A stretch of 64,000 nt of DNA from Alphaproteobacteria bacterium (GTDB lineage Bacteria > Pseudomonadota > Alphaproteobacteria > Bin95), in assembly GCA_963665325.3 (NCBI GenBank), contig OZ224045.1:1120001-1184000 (forward strand), in the 5' to 3' direction. Position numbers and translations under genes: made by a program. Within the stretch, counting starts at the first letter, position 1. The number at the start of each line of letters is the position of its first letter. Of the stretch, positions 1 through 9,599 are shown one piece after another. The notes beneath the pieces are model-generated. The model was given only the letters and a program-made list of their open reading frames with translations, had not been told where the DNA came from and searched no databases.

Positions 1-3000
1 CCGGTCCATGAGTGCCGCGCCGTCGACGATCCGGGGCTGCCGGCTCCTCAGCCACTCGACAAGCGAGCGCGTCTCCCGCAGGCGCCAGAACGACGGAATG
101 TCCTCATTGCCCATCTGCACCGGAATGCCCAGCGCCTCGCAACAGGCGCGGACCGGGACGAGATAGTCCCACTCGCGGGCGATGACGGCAGAGCGGGACC
201 AGTCCCAATCGGGCGTGAGTGCAGCCAGGCGCTGCAGTTCCGCCACCGCCGTCCGCGCCTGCGAGACCGCGTCGGCGCCCGCCGGCAGGATCTGCACCCG
301 TCCCCGCCCGACCGGGTCCAGCTGCTCCCATCCGCCACCCCGCGGCGCCCTGGCGCGCGCCCGGTCGATCTGGACGGGATGCTCTGCCTTCAACCGCTCG
401 CGCGCCGGCGCGATCGCTGCATTGGCCGCCGCCACGATATGGGCACTGGAACGGTAGTTTTCGGTCAGATAGGCCGGCCTCGGGCCGTAATCGGCCTCGA
501 ACCGCCTGATGAACTCCACCGAGGCGCCGTTGAAGGCATAGATGTTCTGGTCGTCATCGCCGACCGCGAACAGGGTGAGTTTGCCTTCCTCGTCTTCGCG
601 CGTGCGACCGGCAAGCGCCGATATCAGGTCGTACTGCTCCGCCGCTATGTCCTGGTATTCGTCGACCAGGATCCAGCGAAAGCCCGCGAGCAGCCGCTCC
701 CGGCGTTCGTCGGCGTCCTCCGACGGCAGGTCGGCGCCCTGCAGCACCTCGACGGCGCGCCGGACCACGTCCCTGAACATCTCCTCGTCGGGGCTCTCCG
801 CCCGGCCGGTGAAGCTCGCGCCGGCAAGGCGCATCGCGAGCGCATGGCAGGTCAGCACCGTCACGCGCCGCGCATCGTTGCCGACCAGCTCGCCCAGGCG
901 CCGCCGGATGTCGACCGCCGCATGGCGGTTATAGGCAAGCGCCAGGATGCCGCGCGGGTCTTCGCGCCTCACCCGGACGAGATACGCGATGCGGTGCACC
1001 AGCACGCGCGTCTTGCCGGATCCCGGACCTGCGAGCACCAGCACATTGGTCCGCTCCCGGTCGTCGGCCACGATCCGCTGCTGCACGGGGTTGTTCAGGC
1101 TCTCGACGATAGCCCGCCAGGAGGCGGGCGTGGTCTGCCGCCCGGTCTCCCGGTCGCGGCCGGGCAGCCAGCGCTTCAGGAAGTCCGCCTCGTTCAGGGC
1201 GAAGTAGTCCCCCGCCAGGCGAAGCGCGTCCCTCATCCTGACGAGGCCGCACTCGGCGAATGCCGCCATGACGTGGACCTGCCGCACCTGCCCGTCATAG
1301 TGGAGCGAGAGCGGCTCGAAATCGGCGTTGGTGAAGCCCCGGCGCTCTCCCCGGTCCAGGCGAAGGGTCATGGCCGGGCGGAACACCGTCAGTCCCTTGT
1401 TGAGGCGGATGACCTCCTGTTCGTGGAGCCACAGCAGGGCGCGTTCCAGCAGCTTCACGGGGAACCTGACCTTGCCGCTCAGGACCATGTCGTCCGCAAG
1501 CGCCCGGTTCAGCTTGCCGAGCGTGGTCTCCGCGAGCAGATCGGTGCCGCGGCTTCTTGCCGGCAGGCAGGAGAGCAGATGCTCCAGCAGGCAGGCTGCC
1601 GCCTCGCGCCGAAGACGGGCAGTCTCTTCCAGACTGTCCCATTCCCGCCTGAGCGTTATGCGCGCGGTCTCCGCATCCTGCTTGCGGACCGAGAGGCTCC
1701 CGGCCGCCCCGTCCTCGCCGCGGCCGTCATAAGCGATGCCGCGGACGATCCGCCAGAGGCGCTCGGGCAGCGGGTCGGCCAGTCCCCCGTCCCGCAGTGC
1801 CTGCGAAGCAATCCTGAGATGAAGCGAGGAGGTCTCGCCCCTTTCGAGTTCGGGCGCCGCCTCGCGCATATGCTCGATCAGCGCCGTCTCCAGCGCTCCG
1901 GCCGCCTCCAACCGTCGTCCGGACGCATGCTCGACCCCAACATGTACGAACGCGGTCAGGACCGTGTCGTTGCTGGCGATACCGAACCTTTCGAGGTCGA
2001 ACAAGGCCGCGCGCACGGCTTCGGAACCGAGGCCCGACACACCCATCAACTCATCGGTGGTCACCCCCTCGTCGGCGCCGGCCTCGATCAGGGCGCCTGC
2101 AATCCGCAGGAGCTGCTCGCGATAGGCCTCGTCCGTCGGCGCCCTTTGGAGCCGCGCCCGGGCTTCCTCGATCGAAGCCACGATCAACGAGGACGGGAAC
2201 ACGCTGACGCGGTTCTCCTCCCGGGTCAGCAGTTCGGCTTCCTCCAGCCATGAAATCGCGGTGCGCACACGCGTGTCGTCCGTGACCGCGTCCCTTTCGA
2301 ATGCCCGGTCCTCGTCCTCGCCCAGGATCTCGCCGACGGTCGCAATAACCTCCCCGTCGAGGCGCTTCCTGCGGTCGAGCCTCCTCAGCGCTCTCAGAAC
2401 GCCGCCGATCTCCCGCCGCGTAAGCCGCGAGCGCGCCGACATGCCGAACTGGCGTTCCACGTCGTCGGCGGCAAAGAGCAGAACGCAGGACGCCGGTTGC
2501 CGGTCGCGGCCGGCGCGGCCGGCCTCCTGCAGGTAGTTCTCCAATGAGCCCGGGATGTCGGCATGGACCACCAGGCGCACATCCGGCTTGTCGATTCCCA
2601 TGCCGAAGGCGTTGGTCGCCGCAATGACATCGAGTTCGCCCTCGATGAAACGCCGCTGTACGTCCTTGCGGATCTCCGGCGACAGTCCCGCATGGAAGAA
2701 GTCGGCCTTCGCTTCCTTCGACTGCAGGAACTCCGCGATCTCCTCGCACTGGCGCCGCGTCGCGCAATAGACGATGGCGCCGCCTTCCCCCGGAGACAGG
2801 TTGGCCTCCAGCGCCTGGTGGAGATGGGCGAACTTCTCGCCGCCCGTTGTCGGCAGGACCTGGAAATCGAGATTCGGCCTCTCGGCGCCGCCGTCGAATA
2901 CCCGGAGATCGATGCCGAGCCTCTCCCGGAAATGGCGCGCAATGTCGTCGGTCACATCCGGCTTGGCGGTCGCCGTCAGGCACAGGACCGGCGGTATCGG

Positions 3001-4356
3001 TTCCTTGCCTGCCTTCTCGCGGATGAACCGGGCCACGTAACGGTAGTCCGGCCTGAAATCATGGCCCCAGCGCGACAGGCAATGCGCCTCGTCCAGGACC
3101 CAGGCGCCGATCTCGCGCTGGTCGAGCGCTCGGCGCAGCGAGACGGAGCGCAGCTGCTCCGGCGAGGTGATGAGGATGCCCGCGTCTCCCAGGCGCACAC
3201 GGTCGAGCGCATCGGCCCGCTCCGGCATCGACAGCATCCCGTTGACCGTCACGCAGGACCCGATGCCTTGCCGTTCCAGCCCCGCGACCTGGTCCGCCAT
3301 CAGCGCCACCAGCGGTGAAATCACCACGGTCAGCGCTCCCGTCCTGTCATAGCGCGATAGCGCCGGGACCTGGTAGCAGATCGACTTGCCGGTCCCCGTC
3401 GGCAGGATGCAGAACACATGCTCGCCCGCCATTGCCGCCTCGACGATGGCCTGCTGCATCGGCTGCCCGTCCTCGCAGACGGGCTCCGGCCGGAACGCCT
3501 CGAAGCCGAACCAGCGCTTGAGTTCCTTCCGGGCGTCATGGCGTTCCCGGCACCACCGGCAGGCCGGATCGGTGCAGGCACTGTCCCGGAGCAGGCGGAC
3601 GATCCGTTCCGCTTCCGGGAACTGGTGCCTCACCCAGGGCGGCATGACGGAGTTGCCGCCCGCCACCGATATCCAGGCCAGCGCATAGGCGAGCGGCCAG
3701 CCCCGCAGGTCCCGGTCGGCCAGGACATCGCGCGCGCCCGTGCGGCATGCGTGTCCCCGCAACCGCGCAATGACCGCATCCCGCGCTTCGGCCCCGGACG
3801 GCCGCGGCGCGCCGCGAAGGTCCGCGAACAGGCTGTCCAGTGCGCGGTCCGCTCCTTGCGGCTCCGGCGTGCAGAGCCGGTGCCAGGCGGCCAGAAGGTT
3901 GGGCGGCGCCTGTTTCAGCGCGTGCAACTGGTCGGCAAACACGTCGAGCGCAAGGCGTGCGTCGAGCTCGGGGTCGTTCAGCTGCCCGCGCCTCAGTCCC
4001 CCGTCCCGGTAGTGCTTCACCAGGCGGTGATAGGGATTGCGCGGAAAGGCGAGCGGGCTGAGGCGCAGCGTGTCCACCGCCGGCAATGCGAGCAGGCGCA
4101 GGCCGGGATTCGTCGCCGCGAGATGCGGCAGGTCGAAGGCTATCAGGTTGTGGCCGAGGACGAACGCCGCACCTTCGGCAAGCCGGTCCAGCTTCGCCAG
4201 CGCCGCCCCAAGCCCGCCGCCCGCATGCACCAGGCGTTCGCCGGTATCGGCGCGCACCGCGCCGAACGCCCGGATGCGCCCGTCCTTCCTGCCGACCTCA
4301 AGGTCCAGCGACAGGCAGCGATAGGGGACGCTCCCGGTTGGCGCGCGTTCCGTCAT
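1..4356 (-). CDS. Large DEDD-type exonuclease-like + RecQ helicase + UvrD/Rep helicase fusion protein (3' end outside window, >=1452 aa)
   Basis: Motif regions hand-translated from ATG at 4356; the ORF track omits this ORF, consistent with no stop inside the window. N-terminal CLSLDLE...GHNLIAFD...DTL...NDPELD; RecQ motifs ILPTGTGKS (~3390), VLDEAHCLSRWGHDFRPDY (~3070), ATNAFGMGIDK, QEAGRAGRD; second Walker A LAGPGSGKT (~1020), ILVDEYQD (~660), VGDDDQNIY (~550) of SF1/UvrD type. Confidence 0.9.
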   Translation of the reverse strand, partial: MTERAPTGSVPYRCLSLDLEVGRKDGRIRAFGAVRADTGERLVHAGGGLGAALAKLDRLAEGAAFVLGHNLIAFDLPHLAATNPGLRLLALPAVDTLRLSPLAFPRNPYHRLVKHYRDGGLRRGQLNDPELDARLALDVFADQLHALKQAPPNLLAAWHRLCTPEPQGADRALDSLFADLRGAPRPSGAEARDAVIARLRGHACRTGARDVLADRDLRGWPLAYALAWISVAGGNSVMPPWVRHQFPEAERIVRLLRDSACTDPACRWCRERHDARKELKRWFGFEAFRPEPVCEDGQPMQQAIVEAAMAGEHVFCILPTGTGKSICYQVPALSRYDRTGALTVVISPLVALMADQVAGLERQGIGSCVTVNGMLSMPERADALDRVRLGDAGILITSPEQLRSVSLRRALDQREIGAWVLDEAHCLSRWGHDFRPDYRYVARFIREKAGKEPIPPVLCLTATAKPDVTDDIARHFRERLGIDLRVFDGGAERPNLDFQVLPTTGGEKFAHLHQALEANLSPGEGGAIVYCATRRQCEEIAEFLQSKEAKADFFHAGLSPEIRKDVQRRFIEGELDVIAATNAFGMGIDKPDVRLVVHADIPGSLENYLQEAGRAGRDRQPASCVLLFAADDVERQFGMSARSRLTRREIGGVLRALRRLDRRKRLDGEVIATVGEILGEDEDRAFERDAVTDDTRVRTAISWLEEAELLTREENRVSVFPSSLIVASIEEARARLQRAPTDEAYREQLLRIAGALIEAGADEGVTTDELMGVSGLGSEAVRAALFDLERFGIASNDTVLTAFVHVGVEHASGRRLEAAGALETALIEHMREAAPELERGETSSLHLRIASQALRDGGLADPLPERLWRIVRGIAYDGRGEDGAAGSLSVRKQDAETARITLRREWDSLEETARLRREAAACLLEHLLSCLPARSRGTDLLAETTLGKLNRALADDMVLSGKVRFPVKLLERALLWLHEQEVIRLNKGLTVFRPAMTLRLDRGERRGFTNADFEPLSLHYDGQVRQVHVMAAFAECGLVRMRDALRLAGDYFALNEADFLKRWLPGRDRETGRQTTPASWRAIVESLNNPVQQRIVADDRERTNVLVLAGPGSGKTRVLVHRIAYLVRVRREDPRGILALAYNRHAAVDIRRRLGELVGNDARRVTVLTCHALAMRLAGASFTGRAESPDEEMFRDVVRRAVEVLQGADLPSEDADERRERLLAGFRWILVDEYQDIAAEQYDLISALAGRTREDEEGKLTLFAVGDDDQNIYAFNGASVEFIRRFEADYGPRPAYLTENYRSSAHIVAAANAAIAPARERLKAEHPVQIDRARARAPRGGGWEQLDPVGRGRVQILPAGADAVSQARTAVAELQRLAALTPDWDWSRSAVIAREWDYLVPVRACCEALGIPVQMGNEDIPSFWRLRETRSLVEWLRSRQPRIVDGAALMDR

Positions 4357-4577
4357 CCTGGAGAACGGGGCGGATGCGCCATCTTCGCCGCAACTGGCGC
4401 CAGTCCACTGGCAATCGAAGAGCAAATCAGCATTGTCGAAAGCCGTTCTAGACCGGATTCCGCCCTTCCGCACTCAGCGCTTCCACGCGGGACGACAGGC
4501 ATATCGGCACCGGCGCCCAGAAGAAGGCCGAAGTCGGACCGGTCCGCCGACAGCGGCCTCCCGGCGCCTGCCCGGCG

Positions 4578-5390
4578 CTACTCGCAGACGACGCCGTCGC
4601 CGTCCCCGTCGCGCACGAAGCGGTAGGCGGGATGGCCCCGCGGCACCGGCGCGATGCCGTGGCGGCGGGCTTCCTTGCAGGTAATCCGCCCGTTGCCATT
4701 GTCGTCCCATAGCCGGAGCGCATCGACCCTTTCTCCCGAAGAGGAAGGGGGCGGCGGCTTCGGTATCCGAAGCGCTCCCGTGGACCGGCCGGCGGCAAAC
4801 ACCATGTCCGTGGACGTGCAGGCTGACAGCACCTGCTCCAGGGCCGCAGCCTCCCGGCGGTCCACCGTGAGGCCGTATTTGCGTTTCACGGAGACGATCC
4901 GATGGGCGAACCAGCAGCGGTTCATGGACGGCAGCCACTCGGCGGCATCGTGATGGCACTTGCCGGAGGCCCCGCAGCGGTTCACGGCGGGCGCGGCAAG
5001 GGTGAGGTTGAGGAGGTCGCGGGCGAAGCGCCGGCGGACCGTCCGGTCGGCGGCGCAGAGGCCGCTGTCATGCGCCTCCGAAACCGCGACGATGTGCTCG
5101 ATGTCGGTCTGCCGCCTGCTCGCGAAGTACCGCCCGGTATAGGGCCCGTAGATCCGCCCGCCCATCGACGCGACGATATCCGCCTCCACCGACTGCGGAT
5201 AAGGATAGTCGCCGCGCTCATAGGGCGTGCAGCGATATTCGCTCGCGACGGCGAGGCCGCGCCAGGTGTTGTCCTCTGCCCCCGCCGCGGTGTCTTCACA
5301 GACGATGAGGATCGCAAGGCCGGCAATGCAGGCCGAAGCACGGGCAATGGCTCTTGTCCGTCGCCTGTGCTTGCCGACAATTCCGTTCAT
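4578..5390 (-). CDS. Secreted HNH-type (DUF1524-like) nuclease with C-terminal Excalibur Ca-binding domain
   Basis: GGAGG/GAGG RBS before ATG 5390; signal-peptide-like N-terminus; DIEHIVAVSEAHDSG...FARDLLNLTLA..VN motif; C-terminal DGDGDGVVCE. Confidence 0.8.
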   Translation of the reverse strand: MNGIVGKHRRRTRAIARASACIAGLAILIVCEDTAAGAEDNTWRGLAVASEYRCTPYERGDYPYPQSVEADIVASMGGRIYGPYTGRYFASRRQTDIEHIVAVSEAHDSGLCAADRTVRRRFARDLLNLTLAAPAVNRCGASGKCHHDAAEWLPSMNRCWFAHRIVSVKRKYGLTVDRREAAALEQVLSACTSTDMVFAAGRSTGALRIPKPPPPSSSGERVDALRLWDDNGNGRITCKEARRHGIAPVPRGHPAYRFVRDGDGDGVVCE

Positions 5391-6210
5391 TGTCCTCGTC
5401 CTCCGTGGCCGGTCGACATGCCCGCGCCGACCGCACAGTTGCTTCGCTCCGCCGCGAAGAAAGCCACGGGCCAACCGTTGTCCTGCCATTGCTTCCCGGC
5501 ACTACCGACACCATGCGAAGCGGGAACGCGAAGGGCAAGACGAGCAAGTGACCGGGAGGGACGCCGGGCGCGGTCTTCTATTCGGGTTCGGGCGGGCTGT
5601 TCCGGGGCTCGTATTGACGGCGGAAGACGGTGGCGGCCGCGGACCCGGAACCCGCCACCGAGGCCGTCTCCTCGACCCTGATCGTGGCATCGACAACCCT
5701 GGCGCGAAGCTCCGCGAGGTCCTTCAGGGCGACCGTTGGCGGGAATCGTGTCACCTGCTCGTTCTTCATGTAGTGGGCTTCCCCGTTGGCTGCATCGACA
5801 AGTTTGTCGGCCTGTAGAGCCCCAATCGTACCTCTCCACTGGGGTCAATCGTACACGCATCTCCGCCGCGTCTTCTCCCTGCTCCGCCGAGACGAGAGCG
5901 CCGGCCGTAAGCGGGTCGGCCGTCACGTGTGCGGGGAGAGGCCGTCCCAGCCTCGTTCGGCAGTTGACCGCCCCGAACTCCAAAGCTGTCCACGATGCTC
6001 CATGCTGACCAACCCATGCCTTCCGGTTCAGGCCCCAGGGCGTCAAGCCCGACGAAGTCTCGCTCAGCGAGAACATCGGTCCCATCGCCAATTAAGCTGG
6101 CCGCCCGGCTCCGCTACCCCCTCTAGCGGACTAGCTTGGCCGAGAAGCCATCAATGCACTAGCATCAAGACTGGATCAGCCGGGACTTGCCCAATCAGCC
6201 AAGTAGCACG

Positions 6211-7269
6211 ATGCCGGAAGAGAACATCATAGAAATCAACAAATACACGGCTCGCGTGGGTCCGTGGCGCAGGATCGACGCGGTTGTATTCGTGCATGGC
6301 ATTGCTGGGCACTTCCGCGACACTTGGGGGGGGTTCCCCGAGCTCCTGCAATCAGACCCCGATCTGCCTGACCTGGACATCCTGCTTTGGGGCTATCGAA
6401 CAAGCTATCTGCCTCAAGACGTCCACGGCACAGGAACCCTCGCTCGCAATCTCGTCTCCGAATTGCGTGTTCGGCTCGAAAACGCCGCCGACGTGAGCCT
6501 CGTCCTCGTGGCCCATAGCATGGGGGGACTGATCGTGTTCGAAGGCCTGGTCGAAGAAATGAGCCAAGGCCGTGCAGAGCAGAAGCCAACGAGTTTGCTT
6601 CGCCTCATCTCGCTGTTCGCCGTGCCAACCAAAGGCAGTTCGGCGGCGGACACGGCGGCCACTGCAATTGTACGGTTTGGCCTGCCCGAAGGGTTCCTAA
6701 ACGAGCAGATAAGGTCTCTTCAAGGCAATGCCTGCGATTCGTTGATAGCTCATGTAGCACGACAAATCTATGATCCACCGGACAATGGACCACACTCCCG
6801 ACGGATTCCTATCCGCATGGTAATGGCAAGCCGCGACACCGCTGTTGACGTCGGTGACAGCGACATGACAAACGCACCTTTTCAAGAACCTCCTGCCCTA
6901 GAACTCGATTACGACCATCATGACGTGAAGCTGCCCAATTCGCATGAAGATAATCGTTACCTAGCCTTGGCACACGACATTCAGACGATGGTTGCCGAGC
7001 GCTTCGCCGAGCTTTGCCAACGCTGTCTGCATGGCGTCGGAGGCGATCGTACACTCGCGGAAACCGATCTGGAAATACGATATGGGGCAATGCTCCGCAA
7101 ACGTTTGGCTGACTCCATAGGCCGACCGGAAGTCGAGCAACGCGTCTACGGGCGCTATCTTCAGCTCGTGCTGCACGATTGCGCATCGCTCGGACGTCCA
7201 CCGTTCGATTCTGCGAACCGCGCCATTATCGTGCTGAAACGCAGTGGAAATCTGGACAGTGACAGTTGA
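6211..7269 (+). CDS. Alpha/beta hydrolase (lipase/PGAP1/DUF676-like) with helical C-terminal extension
   Basis: VVFVHGIAG oxyanion motif, LVAHSMGG nucleophile elbow, candidate Asp (RDTAV) and His (DHHDVK). Confidence 0.85.
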   Translation: MPEENIIEINKYTARVGPWRRIDAVVFVHGIAGHFRDTWGGFPELLQSDPDLPDLDILLWGYRTSYLPQDVHGTGTLARNLVSELRVRLENAADVSLVLVAHSMGGLIVFEGLVEEMSQGRAEQKPTSLLRLISLFAVPTKGSSAADTAATAIVRFGLPEGFLNEQIRSLQGNACDSLIAHVARQIYDPPDNGPHSRRIPIRMVMASRDTAVDVGDSDMTNAPFQEPPALELDYDHHDVKLPNSHEDNRYLALAHDIQTMVAERFAELCQRCLHGVGGDRTLAETDLEIRYGAMLRKRLADSIGRPEVEQRVYGRYLQLVLHDCASLGRPPFDSANRAIIVLKRSGNLDSDS

Positions 7270-7825
7270 CCACACTCAAGAGGTCCGCCGCAGACCGGAT
7301 AGCGAAACGGCGTGGCAAGACTGGGTCCGATTTGTCTATCCGCGTGTGTACTACACGGTCTATCGGGTTACCCGAGGCGATGTTCAGCAGACCGAGGATC
7401 TGACTCAATCTGCGATCGAAAGATTCCTTCGTTACCGAGCAATAGAGAGGGTAAAAGTAGACCAAGATTCAGTCGCTTATCTCGTGCGCATTGCGCGGCG
7501 ACTGAACCTCGATTTTGTTCGTGAACAAAAAATTCGGAATGAACTGCACGACGACATCGAGCGCACGACGGAAGACGTAGCAGTGCACACTGAAGACAAT
7601 GCCTCCACCGCCTTGGATTTCGAACGACTGATGAAGGGACTGGCAACACCTGACCGCCAACTGATCCGATGGCTGTGCGAAGGCCGGTCGGTGGTCGAAA
7701 TAGCGACGTATCTGGAGATTTCCTACACTGCGGCAGCGGCACGGATTCATCGAGCCAAGGCTCGGCTGAAAAAATTTGCCGAGGATGTGCAAAGAATCGA
7801 CCCCAGCGCCGGTTTAGATAAGTGA
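7244..7825 (+). CDS. ECF-type RNA polymerase sigma factor
   Basis: Region 2 (AWQDWVRFVYPRVYYTVYRV..GD...EDLTQ) and region 4 HTH (EGRSVVEIATYLEISYTAAAARIHRAKARL); 193 aa; start codon uncertain. Confidence 0.85.
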   Translation: MEIWTVTVDHTQEVRRRPDSETAWQDWVRFVYPRVYYTVYRVTRGDVQQTEDLTQSAIERFLRYRAIERVKVDQDSVAYLVRIARRLNLDFVREQKIRNELHDDIERTTEDVAVHTEDNASTALDFERLMKGLATPDRQLIRWLCEGRSVVEIATYLEISYTAAAARIHRAKARLKKFAEDVQRIDPSAGLDK

Positions 7826-9180
7826 TAGGGGAACAAGCTTCCATACCAGGGAGATGCACAATTAGCAGGCAACACGGCAAGACGGGCATAGGCCGAGAGT
7901 CCGAAGATATTGCCGCCTTCGACATGGATGACCTTCTGGGGCAGATGTCCGTTCTCGCGGACCAAGCAGGCGATTGGCGAGAGCACATCCCCTACGCCGC
8001 TGCGGTGGGATTCCTCGAGGACGAAGGGTACCAACAGCGGCACGGCGCCCATGTCAATAACTGTCAATATTGTCAACAGCTTATCGATGCGTTGCGTCCC
8101 AGCGAAGACATGGTGGCCAAGCTGCTTTCCAGAGTGCCAGAATTCTCACTTGGCTCCGAGGTCCAGATTGACGTTGCCGACGCCGTAACGGAAGCGCGCC
8201 GGAACCTCGACTCGTTACGAGATATCGTTCTTGCTCAATCGCATAGCGATCATCCCGGCGCACTCAGGGCTTGGGCAAGCGCGCAACAATACCTTGTACA
8301 CGCGAGCCAATCGTTTGGCAGTCCATATGGCGAAGCGCTAATGCCGTGGACAGCGACCGTAGCACTGTCGTTGGGCACACAGCCTCACGTGACTTCGGTA
8401 GAGAGAGGATGGGACCAGTTCGGGGAAGTCATAGAAGATGCAGTATCGCTTCTGCTTGCATCTGGTCTTCGAGTGGCAGTAGCAGGCGATCCGCAATCTG
8501 GAGGTATTTCTAAAAGGATTTGCAATCTAGCTCACCAGTTTGGACGTCGACGAGTCTCCACCCGACCAAAGAAATATCCTGTAAACATGAACGAATTGAC
8601 ATTCGGCATCACAGAATATTGTGCTTGGCCAGTACATATCAGTATGCCGTTGGTAGAAGTTGGTACATACGAGGCCAGTTTCGGCAAGTTTGGCATGATC
8701 CAATGGCTTACGCTTCACGGTGAATCACGTCCATATTCCGATTTCGAGAAAATGGCCCGCCATCAACCTGCTGCCGAAGAATGGAAGGAAGGGCTAACTG
8801 CACTGAGAAACACCATGATGCATGATAGCCTCGGCCAAATTACAATCGGAGGCAGCACAAACGTCAGCTGCGATGAAATGCCGCCGTTAGCACAGGACGC
8901 ATTGGTTTCTCTACGTAGCCAACACCCGCTATATGTTCTCGGAGGTTTTGGTGGCTGTGCGCAGGAAGTGGCCGCCGCCTTGCATTTGACAGAAAAACAG
9001 CCAACAGATAATTCTAATCGGCGTGGATTTGACGAATTTAGCCGCTACACCGGTGCCAAACATCTTCACAACGGACTTGATGCTTTGGAAAATCAAACGT
9101 TGGCAGAGACGACAAGCGTGGAAGAAGCGGTGCAACTAGTTGGCTTGGGAATGAGACGTGTTATTTCCCAGTTGGAATAA
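7822..9180 (+). CDS. Zinc-binding anti-sigma (HxxxCxxC) domain fused to a SLOG-family (LD_cluster2-like) domain
   Basis: GTGA overlap with the sigma stop; H-x21-HVNNCQYC at 8050-8073; C-terminal half has AWPVH, EWKEGLTALR, ITIGG, PLYVLGGFGGCA, LHNGLDALENQTLA as in TIR-associated SLOG proteins. Confidence 0.75.
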   Translation: MIGEQASIPGRCTISRQHGKTGIGRESEDIAAFDMDDLLGQMSVLADQAGDWREHIPYAAAVGFLEDEGYQQRHGAHVNNCQYCQQLIDALRPSEDMVAKLLSRVPEFSLGSEVQIDVADAVTEARRNLDSLRDIVLAQSHSDHPGALRAWASAQQYLVHASQSFGSPYGEALMPWTATVALSLGTQPHVTSVERGWDQFGEVIEDAVSLLLASGLRVAVAGDPQSGGISKRICNLAHQFGRRRVSTRPKKYPVNMNELTFGITEYCAWPVHISMPLVEVGTYEASFGKFGMIQWLTLHGESRPYSDFEKMARHQPAAEEWKEGLTALRNTMMHDSLGQITIGGSTNVSCDEMPPLAQDALVSLRSQHPLYVLGGFGGCAQEVAAALHLTEKQPTDNSNRRGFDEFSRYTGAKHLHNGLDALENQTLAETTSVEEAVQLVGLGMRRVISQLE

Positions 9181-9599
9181 CGATCTTGAGCGCTTTGCCA
9201 CACTGATGGTCTACTAATGAGGTTTCAGCCGCAAAGTATAGCGTTCCGCTTCCACTTCAGAAGCGGTCGTGATAGAAAACGCTGACTCCTTTCTGAACAA
9301 TGTGCGACAGCCGTTGCAGCTTAGACTGGAGTAGATCTGATCCACGTTCAGCAATCAATGCAGTCCCTTGAGCGATGGTCAGCCCTGCAGTCCATCAACT
9401 TCCAGGTGTGGCTAGACTGTAAGCGGGGCGACCGGGGCACCTTCCAGAAGGGTTTCGGATTTGAGATTCACGTCTGCGATTTGGGCAGGTGTTAACGGCG
9501 GCGGAATAATGCTCCACAGGAAGCGCCCGGTTGGTCGGGTCGCGGCGGCGCAAAATTGCGCCAGTGATGCCCCCTTGTCCGTTTGGTCGGGGGCGGGGG

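Noticed and set aside
379-4626. Long plus-strand ORFs (624, 251 and 402 aa)
   Set aside because: Antisense shadows of the RecQ-UvrD gene in high-GC DNA; no motifs
5391-6100. Small ORFs (63-234 aa) between the nuclease and the hydrolase
   Set aside because: No family signal; they conflict on both strands
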